A DNA stretch of 64,000 nt from Octopus sinensis. Taxonomy: Eukaryota. Of the stretch, positions 1 through 10,630 are shown one piece after another. The stretch is taken from assembly GCF_006345805.1 (NCBI RefSeq), contig NC_043013.1, forward strand, positions 31,868,001-31,932,000, in the 5' to 3' direction. The first letter of the stretch is position 1, and every line of letters starts with the position of its first letter. The position numbers and the translations under genes were made by a program. The notes below the pieces were generated by a model that ran no database searches, was not told the DNA's origin, and saw only the letters and a list, made by a program, of their open reading frames with translations.

Positions 1-521
1 GCGTGCGTTCATCCACCACTCGAACAATATGGCCACATCATCTCATTTGATTTCTCTAAATCATAGCTTTACTTGGGGTAATGCCTTGCCTGAAGATGTA
101 AGAGTGGAGTAGAATGAAAGCGTTTGAAATGGGCAAAATAACGCATGAAAGACCCAAGAGAGATTTAAGGAAGAATTGTACGATCGAGAACGTGAATAAC
201 AATGACTTTTTTGTGTGCACAGTTTGTGCTTTTCTTTAGAAATGGATCAAATCTCATTTGCGAACCCATGGAAAACGAACCTCCACTAACTATTCTGCCT
301 ATATGTCTGTGCAAATCTTTCAATACAATTTATCCCAGGAGGTTTGTAAATCTAACGGAGGCCTCGTAAAGCTTTTTAACATCCACAAAGATCATAAGTT
401 ATCTGCAGCCCTTGGTAGTCCAAATGGGATATACAATCTATGTGGGTGTCTTTTCAAAACATTGGTTTTAAAAGCCACATCAGATGTCATGATGGTTCTA
501 AGGAGCTGGTACAGTAGGTGA
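1..521 (+). pseudogene. Decayed LINE ORF C-terminus (RTE-like) with three degenerate C2H2-type zinc fingers
   Basis: Manual translation from 114: MKAFEMGKITHERPKRDLRKNCTIENVNNNDFFVCTVCAFL*KWIKSHLRTHG...VCKSNGGLVKLFNIH, then CGCLFKT and, after a frameshift, FKSHIRCH. The Cxx C...SHxRxH endings are typical of LINE C-terminal fingers. One stop and a frameshift are present. Confidence 0.55.
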
Positions 522-550
522 TCAAACTCTGCAAAATTAGTAGACAACTA

Positions 551-580
<30 letters not shown>

Positions 581-584
<4 letters not shown>

Positions 585-1026
585 ATTAATTTTATTGTAT
601 CGCATTTGACTTTGTTTACGTATTTTCTCGATAAATTTTTGAGCGTTAGACGATATACCAGAAAACCCTATTTTGTCGGGTACGTTCTGAGTCTGCGCAG
701 TGATTTGAATAGTTTAGAAAGAGCAATTTAATAGACGCATGTGCCTCTATTAATGTGCGCTTCCCATAATAACAGGAATCTTACTGAAGAGCCTACCTGA
801 GTAAATAAATATTATTTTTATTGCTGAAATAGGCGAAACTGCAGTCTAAGAAGAACTAAGTTTGTAAAAGTTTTTAATTTTCATCTCATTAAATTTATCC
901 AGCTTTTGTGTATCTGGTACACACTTCGCCTCTTAGTGTACTTATATATGAATAATATATGGCGTGTCCCAGAACACCAGCGATAATAATTAATTTTATT
1001 ATATCGCATTTGACTTTGTTTACGTA
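581..1026 (+). mobile_element. Non-coding HHR-bearing unit (family A): 404-bp period, 42-bp terminal direct repeat, flanked by (TA)n
   Basis: AATAATTAATTTTATTRTATCGCATTTGACTTTGTTTACGTA occurs at 581-622 and 985-1026. TA tracts lie on both sides and an HHR lies at 779-851. Confidence 0.7.
779..851 (+). ncRNA. Type I hammerhead ribozyme, canonical core
   Basis: Stem I TCTTA(779-783)/TAAGA(847-851); core CTGAAGA 784-790; stem II GCCTA(791-795)/TAGGC(830-834); GAAA 835-838; stem III AC-TGCA-GT; GUC site with predicted cut after 846. Confidence 0.85.
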
Positions 1027-1119
1027 TATAAATATATATATATAATATGAGGCAATATCATTCCAAACTTAAAGGGAAAAATTCAATTTAGAAATACTAT
1101 ATCAAATTTCTTTCTAATT

Positions 1120-1182
<63 letters not shown>

Positions 1183-1305
1183 CCATAAATATAAATCTAT
1201 ATATATATATATATGTGTGTGCGTGTGTGTGTGTTTGTATGTATATATGTATATGGAATGTTATACATATATAATCTGCTGTCTCTAGCCGGCGGTTGTC
1301 CAGCA

Positions 1306-1339
1306 CCGAGGACGGGAAATTACCCTGAAACAATTGGTC
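1306..1339 (+). ncRNA. Degenerate HHR-like motif
   Basis: CCGAGGA-C-GGG-AAATTA-CCC-T-GAAAC-AATTG-GTC. No convincing stem I. Confidence 0.3.
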
Positions 1340-1565
1340 AGTTTGTATTTCTAGTAGCTAGGAAGGAATAGTCCGGTCTCTTGTTCACAGAATCTTTCAG
1401 ACAGAGATAGTGTGTCGATAATTAGCTGGAAAAGATGTTTCCCGAGTTTAAAAGGTAATAACATGGTCCTACGCAGGACTGCGGCCTTCTGTTGGCAAAC
1501 ATACTTTACTTTGCAGTATAGTTAGAACTTAGATTTCATTCAGAGATTTAAAACTAGCTGTTTAC

Positions 1566-1608
<43 letters not shown>

Positions 1609-1625
1609 ATTATATATAATATATA

Positions 1626-1822
1626 GTTAATCCAAACAAGAAACACAGAAAAACAGCAACGCGAGGATGAGAAACATTAAAGTATTATTTGACGCTCAGG
1701 AAAGAAGGGAAGGAGGGTTTAACGTTTCGAGCGGAGCTCTTCGTCGGAAACAAGGAGAAGGAAAGATCCCAGAAGGGAAGACAGAGGAAAAAAATATTTT
1801 TGCTGGTGGTGCTCAGGGATCA
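1626..1822 (-). mobile_element. Family B short repeat with minimal HHR variant (copy 1), between (TA)n tracts
   Basis: Homologous to 51153-51315 and 60295-60457. The minus strand ends TGGATTAAC followed by (TA)n. HHR motif at 1717-1751. Confidence 0.75.
1717..1751 (-). ncRNA. Minimal Type I HHR variant (U4C, extra A after A9, palindromic ACGU stem III)
   Basis: Minus strand: GTTT-CCGACGA-A-GAGC-TCC-GCTC-GAAA-CG-TT^AAAC. The same 35 nt occur at 51250-51284. Confidence 0.6.
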
Positions 1823-1889
1823 CATATATATATATATATAATATATATATTTATATAGATAATATATATATGTATATATATATATATAT

Positions 1890-1920
<31 letters not shown>

Positions 1921-1958
1921 TATATATATATTTTAATATGTATATATATATAATATAT

Positions 1959-1990
<32 letters not shown>

Positions 1991-2449
1991 CATATGTATA
2001 CGTATATATATATATAATATATATATATATATACATTGTATATGTATATATATATATGTTTGTGTGTGTGTATGTGCGTGCGTGTATGTATGTATATATA
2101 ATTCAGCTACATAAATATGTATAGGAATATACATATAAGTATATATACGAACATAAATGCATGCATACAAATATACATACACATATACAAATACATTAAT
2201 ACATTTATAAAGATGTATATTTGTGCGTGTTTGTATCAGGCGTGCTACTTTGTTTAAGAATATCTTCTCAACATGGTTATCGGATGTGTGACTATGTTAG
2301 CTTTCTTCACAAAAATGGTTACATCCATGTAAGCGAAAACACATGTTTTCTAGATTTACAACTTTAATATTTAAGATTTATAGCAATAAATGACCTCGAA
2401 TACAAAATGCAGCCGATATTATTATATAAAGTATTTAAGACCGACGTAT

Positions 2450-2890
2450 ATAAGATCCGAAGACGGGTGTATAAACAACAAACAGATGTATTATTTTAAC
2501 GCTCGGCAAGTGAAAAAGTATTCTACGTTTCGAGCCTACACTCGTCGACAGAAAGGAACACGAATAAACAGAGAGAGAAAATAGAAAATAGAAAAAGGTA
2601 TAGTGGCTAGTGACACATAAAAGGCCATCGGATATACTGTTGTCGGATTTCAGGAAGCATTGAAGTTTTGAAGGATGTAGTGTCTCGACAGCTAACAACT
2701 GATAAGGGAAGTTTATTCCACGCCTCAGCGATTCTGAACATGAAAAGATGTTTCCGAATGTCATGGGTGCTGTGTTGTTTTTTTAAAAATATTTTATAAG
2801 CATGTCCGCGAGATTTTGTCATATTGAATTCAAAACTTTGCCCAAAGTTGTAGTTGGAAAGATAGTGGATAATATTGTTAGTTCCAAGAC
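2450..2890 (-). mobile_element. CR1/L2-group LINE 3' fragment with downstream non-coding tail
   Basis: ORF 2607..2822: SRGHAYKIFLKKQHSTHDIRKHLFMFRIAEAWNKLPLSVVSCRDTTSFK matches the RGHxxK...R..WNxLP..VV....FK C-terminal motif of CR1-type ORF2. The tail 2450-2606 resembles family B. Confidence 0.75.
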
Positions 2891-3028
2891 TATGATGGGG
2901 TTTAGTTCACTGGTGATCTAAAGGAATATGTACGCTGAGTAAGTTATATAAATGATCATCAGTTAGGTTCCAAGTTCACAGTTGAGGCTAGAGCAAGGGC
3001 ACCGTATTAGGGTTTCGTGTTAGCAGGT

Positions 3029-3912
3029 ATATATTAGAGGAAAAGGACAACAAAACCAAGGTAACACAAGTATCTCAAGGCATTTATAATAATTTAGGGT
3101 AAGGTGAATTTGAATTCTTGCAACTGTTTCTAGGATATCCCAATTGATAGGCTAGCATGTGTGTACATTGGATATTCGGCCACCAGAGACAAGGTGCGTT
3201 CCGGATAGGGTAATTTAAAGTTTATAAGGAATAAAATAGTTCTCCTGTGATTTTTTTTTCTCCTGTCTGTATTCTTCTATCTGCTTTTACTGTTTATTCT
3301 CATATTTTCCTCTTTATACACAGCTAATTTCTCCGTCTAGAACTTTCATACATTCTCACCTTGTCTCTCATGAGGATATACTTTGGGTACGGACACTCTA
3401 GCCTATCGCTTGGTGTATCCCAGTAACAGCTGTAAGAATTCAAATTCATCTCTCTGTATATAAACGGCAGTTTGTCTGTGTGTGTTTCTGTGTGTCTGTT
3501 TGCTTGTACCCTCACTCTGACCACGGCTTTCAACCGATTCTGATGAAACTTGACACACACATAGCCCAATGTCATAATTCAAAACTAACGCAGCGAAAAT
3601 TTTGAAAAGTTCCCCTAGTTCTGTAAAAGATCGATAAATTCAACATGGGGTCGACAATCAGAAATACAAACCACAGATGGTCATGGGGACGCAACTCGAC
3701 CTTTTTAACTATCAAAAAAAAATTTACCATCTTTTTTTTCCCATTTCTTTGCTATTTTTTGGCTATAACTCTCTAAAAAATCTTTTATAGTTATTTCCCT
3801 TACAAACCCGAGCAACGCCGGGCGATACTGCTAGTCTTAGTCTAAATTATCATAAATGACATGAGATTCTCGCCCTGCCTTGATTTTTGTTGTCTTCTCC
3901 CTCTAATATATA
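3029..3912. repeat. Diverged inverted pair of an HHR-remnant repeat: arms 3029-3196 and 3354-3448 plus 3835-3912, right arm split by a Helitron
   Basis: TGAATTTGAATTCTT, GATAGGCTAG, AGAGACAAGGTG and TATATATTAGAGG blocks occur in the left arm and in the reverse complement of the right arm. Confidence 0.7.
3449..3834 (+). mobile_element. Non-autonomous Helitron-like element
   Basis: Inserted between A(3448) and T(3835). It starts TC, ends CTAG (3831-3834) and has a subterminal hairpin CCCG(3807-3810)/CGGG(3819-3822). No TSD. Confidence 0.8.
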
Positions 3913-3993
3913 TATATATATTTAACACAGAAGAATTTAATATGGACGCCTATTACATAAATTATTCTATGAAAAACATACCAGTTTTCAGAT

Positions 3994-4065
3994 GGCCAGA
4001 TAACCGAAGAGATGGTGGTGTGGATTTCCATCTCGGCATCCGAAACTCAGAGTTTTACCTTGGCT
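3994..4065 (+). ncRNA. Type I HHR (U4C core) with internal loop in stem I
   Basis: GGCCA-GA-TAA / TTA-CCT-TGGCT stem I; CCGAAGA 4004-4010; stem II GATG...CATC 4011-4040 plus one extra C; GAAA 4042-4045; stem III ACT-CAG-AGT; GUU cut predicted after 4054. Confidence 0.6.
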
Positions 4066-4095
4066 ACCGAAAAATTGTCACATATTATTTTACAG

Positions 4096-4150
<55 letters not shown>

Positions 4151-4634
4151 GTGTCTGTGTGTGTGTTAGTGGTACAATGTAACCTAATGAACGGTATGAA
4201 TCATATTTGTCAGTTAACTGGTGACTTTGGATAACGGTGCTATAGACAACAAAAACAACAACAACAAAAATGACAAGCGTTCTCCAGTTATTTATTGAAT
4301 TCTATGGAAAATAAACATTGAAATAATGCTGATGCAATTAATCCTAACTCCACTTACTCTCTGAAAGTAGAATTATAAAGTTATAGAAGTGGAATGCATA
4401 TAATGCCTTGAAGAAAAATACGGAAATAGATTTTCTGGTGAACGTAAATGTATAATTCTAATGGTGAAGGCATTTTGAATCAAATATCAATATGGAACTG
4501 GCAATACATTCTATGACCTTTTATTCTTTAAATGTTTTAAATATTGTTATAAATGTATATCATATAAGCAAAGCATACGTGGCAGGAAAATATATACATA
4601 GTTAAATCTGTCCACCGATTTCAAATGTCTATGT

Positions 4635-4670
<36 letters not shown>

Positions 4671-4675
4671 GAATG

Positions 4676-4721
<46 letters not shown>

Positions 4722-4790
4722 TATATATATATTATATATATATATATATATATATGTACATACACACACATACATATATATTGTATGTAC

Positions 4791-4880
4791 ATGGCCGGAG
4801 AACTAAAGAGATGGCGGCGTGGATTTCCACCTCGGCATCCGAAACTGCCGAATAATTGTCACATATTACATTTACAGATA
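4791..4880 (+). repeat. Second, internally deleted copy of the 3991-4098 HHR repeat
   Basis: ATGGCC...CTAAAGAGATGGCGGCGTGGATTTCCACCTCGGCATCCGAAACT. The 19 nt carrying the cleavage site in copy 1 (4048-4066) are replaced by a single G. Confidence 0.75.
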
Positions 4881-4958
4881 TATTGTATGTATATGAATGT
4901 ATATTTACGAATAGACATAGGTATACACATACATTCGTGCATAGATATGCGCTATGCC

Positions 4959-4999
<41 letters not shown>

Positions 5000-6394
5000 T
5001 GTGTGTGCGCGTGCGTGTGTGTACTTATTTGTTGTCGCTACGATTGATGAATACGTGCGTTTATGGTTTTGCGGGAGTTTGTATGGAATTTCATCGAGTT
5101 GCAATGTATATTAATTTATCTAAGCTGTTTTAATGCAATTTCAATTTGTATTATCAGATCTTGAAAAACCATTAACCTTTGCCCTATTGTAATGCTGATC
5201 GTATAACATATCATATATATATTTATGAAATTAAAAAACCCGTCAAATAAATCTAACCCTAATGCATTCATTTATTTTCTGCTTTAATCACGTTGAAGTA
5301 CGATTATTTTCAGAGGAAAATGAACAATTAATAAACGATTATGTTATATCCAGGCTGGAATTGCTTTTAAATATGATCTTAAGTATTTTGTTTCCTAGTC
5401 AATACAATTAACACATATTTGCTCGATCAACAACGAACTGCACAATTTCCAGTTCGTATGGATTAACTGCATTGAAATATTGATCGTCCTCTCAAATTTC
5501 AATATCTCCATTTTCAGTGAGAAAGTATCAGGGAAAAGGCTAATGTGACAAAGTTCGATAGAGATGTATATTTTATGAGATAATGTTTTGTGATTTTTTT
5601 TTAATACGATACAAATTTAGGATTTCGACTCTTCTAGTGAACTTTCCTGAGTGAACGTCAAAGTGTGTGCATACACACACATAGACACACTCACACACAT
5701 CACACACATATATCTGTATATATGTATATACGTGTATGTGTGTGTAAATGTGCGGATATGTGTATACATATATTCCCCCTCTCATATATCTTCCTTTCTC
5801 TCGCTCCACCTCTCTCACATTTCTTCGCTCTCTTTCTTTAACTCCCACTATTTCCCACTCGTTTATCTCCCCTACAGATTTCCCTTTGTCTCTGATTATT
5901 TTTTTCTAATCCTTCAATCCCGCTGTCTCCTATCCATTTCTCCTCTTTCCAAGTGATCGGTGTCCGGCCAGCCATGATCTTTCTTTCTTGGCCTGACTGC
6001 CGACCATCAAGACGTCTTGTGTTCATCTCCCATGTTCCTGCCTTTAGGCTTTCACTCCATACACGCCAGCTCAATATGAATCGTTCTCAGTCGAAAGACG
6101 CCTGTTGTTATTTCTTATTGTTTCTATTTGCAATTCTGTACTATGTTCTCCGTATTTTTGTTTGTTTTTGGTCTTTGTTGCCGTACACATTACCTGGCTT
6201 TCTCACAAAGGAGTCTAATGCTCTTAGTTTAGACCTTTTGGGGGACAACCAGATCGAACCATCTCAAGTGTAACTGTCCGAAATGGTCGTGACTTCTGGT
6301 ACTTGAATGAAGAAAGAAATTGTTGTTTCTCATGTCCGCCTTTGTGTCGTCTATCTGTCCAAACTTTTTAATGCTCACTATTGCGTTTTTTGTT

Positions 6395-6451
<57 letters not shown>

Positions 6452-6622
6452 GGAATAATTAGTTTGAAGCATTGTGTAGAATATATTGTATAAAGGATCG
6501 TGGGTAAGGCCAGAACAATGCCATATAAATGCAAGGTAAATCACAAGAAAACAAATATGTGAATTAATGTATTCAATATTTGTGTGTGTGTGTGTGGAAT
6601 GGACATGCGCGGAAAGGTGTTG

Positions 6623-7310
6623 CTATAGCAACCAGTTAGCTTCCTGTAACTCTCTTCTATTGTTGATCTTAGACTTTTTTTCGTGTATGAGGATGGTCTC
6701 AGAGATTCTAAGGTTGACCCTATTCCGCTGTGTTGACTTGATGTGCACTGTGAATTCCCAGGACTGGTATTTCCGCTGTTGTTTCTTCACGGAAGTGTTT
6801 GCGTGCATGTGTTCCTTAATCCGTACATGCAGTTTTCTTCTCGTGCTTCCTATGTAAGATGCGCCACATTTACCACTGTTGATCTTATATACAACATAGT
6901 TCCAATGGCATAACTCAGAGCCAATGATGGGGCGGTTCGATTATGTGCACTCCTCGGTGTAGTGGGAGGTGTTGTTCTTGGACAGAGAGTTTCTTAGGGA
7001 AGGACCGGTGTGCACTATCTTTATGTTGAGTCCTTCCCAGCGCGCTGCATGTTGTATCGCTGCAGTAGTTTTTTCGTCAAAGTGTGGTAGCTCTAGGAAG
7101 CACGTGCCGGGCTCGGGAGTATGATGGTTCTTACGGGGTTTATTGACCTTGATGTTCTTCAGGTGGCGTTGTTTAGCTAAAGATGGTGGGTAGCCATTCA
7201 GGTTCAGAGCCAAAGCTGCATACATAAGAGACAAGATTGCACGTATAAACAACAGTTGCAGTAACGTGACCGACAAAGCCGTCAACACCAGACAGTTCCT
7301 CATAGACCTA
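6623..7310 (-). pseudogene. Penelope-like element: RT thumb end plus GIY-YIG endonuclease, one in-frame TAA
   Basis: ORFs 6941..7303 and 6623..6808 are in the same frame. Reading through TAA gives EECT*SNRPIIGSELCHWNYVVYKINSGKCGASYIGSTRRKLHVRIKEH...RISETILIHEKKSKINNR (VY-YIG motif). NGYP marks the thumb. Confidence 0.9.
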
Positions 7311-7422
7311 ACCCTGAGTGCAACTTAGCCGCGCACCTCCACGTATACATACACATATATATGTGTGTATATAATATATATATATATATATATAAAGAGA
7401 GAGAGAGAGAAGAGAGAGAGAG

Positions 7423-7532
<110 letters not shown>

Positions 7533-7858
7533 GGGGGAGAGAGAATGAGACAGACACACACAGAAATTTCGGGAAAAAGAACCGCTTTTTTTTAGTATTT
7601 TTGCATGAGAAATATCAATAATGAGATTGTGAAAAAATGATTGTGATATTAGATAAACGTAAGGCAGCGACCTGTCAGAATTCGTAGTAACCGCACAAAA
7701 AGCTTATTGGCTTTTCGTCCGTCCCTACGTTTTACGTTCAAATTCTGCCGAATTGTCGAGTTTTTTCGGCGTCAGTGAAAACACTACGAGTTAGGCACTG
7801 GGAATGATTTAACCGACTAGCAGCCACCTCATCTAAAAAGTTTACTTTATGCTTATTA

Positions 7859-8045
7859 TACGAGGTAGTGCTGAAAAGTTGTTGGCTTTAAAGGTACCAC
7901 CTAAGGCGTGACTGGAGGTCCAACTTTCCCTGTTCTGTTATTGGGCTAAGAAAAACTGAAGGATTGCTGCAATGCGTCAATCTGAGACGGGACTATGTCG
8001 AATAAAACCACAATTAACTGATCCTCTTGTACTTTCTTTTGCCCA
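7859..8045 (-). mobile_element. Mariner-type MITE, partial copy (reverse of 16025-16214)
   Basis: Begins TA-CGAGGTAGTGCTGAAAAGTTGTTGGCTTTAAAGG. The interior is the reverse complement of the 16070-16155 region. Confidence 0.6.
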
Positions 8046-8094
8046 AAGACAGAAACTTTTCAGCAACCACCTCTCATATATATATGTATATATA

Positions 8095-8142
<48 letters not shown>

Positions 8143-10083
8143 TATATATATATTCACTTTTGACACGCATCGTGTGAGTCAGAATTTTAGAAATTCGCAT
8201 TATAGTGGTTTATTACCCTTATCTTAAACGTGTTGAAGTATCTTTGTTTGATATGTTCACTTTCTAATGGCTATTTAAACATAAACTTTATGATGAGCAA
8301 ATGAAATCTAACAGAAAATATCTACTATTGATATGATCTATTTATAACATATGAACTATTTAATTGTTTGCCTGCAACGGGAATAATAATTCAGACGAAA
8401 ATGTTAAAAGTTATCGAATATCCAAAATAGCAATGAAAATCATTGAACAGTCATAACATATTGAGCGCTACGATGAGATACATATATTTAGTTAGCTTTG
8501 TATTGCATATCAACAGCGATAAATTTGTTACTGTATAAATTATTAATGATAGGAACACATCGTGAACGCTGCGTGTAGTATTTTTTTGTATTCATTTATT
8601 CTAGTGTAATCTTCATATAAATGTTTTCCAGTCCAACTCTCTCGACTATGAATGACAAATTTACTTTCTGCTCATATATACGAGAGACACATAAATGTCG
8701 CCGTGGATAATAAAGTGCTACAAATGTTTGCTAGATCATTCGGAATATTAATCTGTCTAACACATGCTTTGATAGTGAATTCGTCCAGACAATTGCTGAT
8801 TTATGCATTTATAGATATCACGTTACGTCATACGTACATATGTTAGCAATAACGCAATATCATTGATACAGTATGCATTACCCGTGTTTAGCAAACGCAA
8901 ACAACACCACAAACACCACTTATGGTTTCTTAATGATTAAACCAGCAGTAACAATATTTTCTAACTCTTGCTCCTTAATATTGTTTTATATTAACATTTT
9001 ATCTTGCTTATTTCGTTTATTTCTGCATGATACTTTGCGTAGTTCGTTTATATTGATTCCTCTGATACGAAAAAAATTTTGCTTGCAAGCTGCTGAAAAG
9101 TTAGGAATACATTTACTTAAGATGGCCTGTATTTTTCAAAGAACTGCTAGCCAATCTCTCAATAATCTGGGGAGAATCTACGTTCTATGGCAAAACTATC
9201 AGATTCCTGTCACCGACGTATTTTCGTTTATCAAGATACAACCTAACACACCATAGTTCTTTTTCATGATTAAAATACAAAATACTTTGCATTGAAAACA
9301 ATATATATAGAATCTGAGCGTAAGATTTTCAAAATTTATTTATGGTAATATATAACAATGATATACTTACGGGAATATATAACAATAATCTAAAGCTAAA
9401 TATTATGAGAAAATATAACAATTATGGGGATATATAGCGATAATCTACAGTTAAACATCCTACATATGGTGCATATCTTAATGTCTCTCATTAGTGAGAG
9501 ATGTAGTTTTAATTTTCTAATATTTTCAAATCCTTATCTATCTATGGCAGATCAATCTTAGCGAATTAGGTGAAGTCGAAACATATATATTATCTAAGAC
9601 TGTGTTTATTTAATTTCAGAAGAAACACCTGCAGATTCCCGCTCCCTATCATATATTAGCAATTTGAATTCTAAAGGGAAATCTTCGTGATTGTTAGATA
9701 TGCGATATATAGCATCCGAATCTGATTTAAATCACACGCTTCGTTCTCGAGAAAGAGAACAATACACTAAATAGTATTGCCCTATATATTTTAAAACATA
9801 CGAATTAGTAACTACTGAATAGCCTTACTTCCTATGTGCGCTCTATTGGTTGTGAACTAAGATGAAATAAAACAGATTTCATAATACAGCAAGATATTGC
9901 CATACAGAAATATTCACTCTTAGTGTTTTAGAGTAAACTGTACACATAAATTCAGTATTTATATCTTAGAAGATTTTTTAATGGTATAAATTTTATATTG
10001 ATAATTTTATTTTATTTTCAGTTTTCATTATAATTTCTTTAAAAAGTAAGGCCTATGATTGGGAGGTGTCTTATCCCAAATGA

Positions 10084-10484
10084 TGCAATTCTTTTCTACT
10101 CAAAGCACAAGACCCGAAATGCTTGGGGAGAGGACCAGTTGATTACATCGATCCCAGTATGCAACTGTTACTTAATTTATCGACTCCGGTGGAAGTCGAC
10201 CTCAGTGGAATTTGAACTCAGAACATAAAGAACATAAAGACAGACGAAATACCCATTTCTTTCCTACCCACTAGGGGCTAAACACAGAGGGGACAAACAA
10301 GGACAGACAAACGGATTAAGTCGATTACATCGACCCCAGTGCGTAACTGGTACTTAATTTATCGACCCCGACCGGATCAAAGGCAAAGTCGACCTCAGCG
10401 GAATTTGAACTCAGAACATAACGGCAGGCGAAATACGGCTACACATTTCGCCCGGCATGCTAACGTTTCCTCCAGCTCACCGCC
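10084..10484 (-). mobile_element. SINE family S1: full copy 10255-10484 plus adjacent partial copy 10084-10251
   Basis: Reverse complement of GGCGGYGAGCTGG...GTTCTGAGTTCAAATTCCGCCGAGGTCGACTTTGCCTTT...TAAGTACCAGTTACGCACTGGGGTCGAT. Confidence 0.85.
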
Positions 10485-10610
10485 TTCAAATGATGCAATT
10501 ACAACAATAATGTTTTGATCATTAAAATACCTTAAACACTTCGGTGTTTATACCTTTATTAGAATAAAAATATTCCAAATTTCCTGCACTTAGTCGACTC
10601 ATTTCCTAAA

Positions 10611-10630
10611 AACCCTAACCCTAACCCTAA
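10611..10630. repeat. Short interstitial telomere-like tract (AACCCT)3
   Basis: AACCCTAACCCTAACCCTAA. Confidence 0.8.

Noticed and set aside
6941-6943. In-frame stop in the PLE Cys-rich linker as possible selenocysteine recoding
   Set aside because: The codon is TAA, not TGA, and I identified no SECIS. It is most likely a nonsense mutation.
8873-9256. 127-aa plus ORF in unique sequence
   Set aside because: The composition is typical of random AT-rich ORFs, and I recognise no homology.
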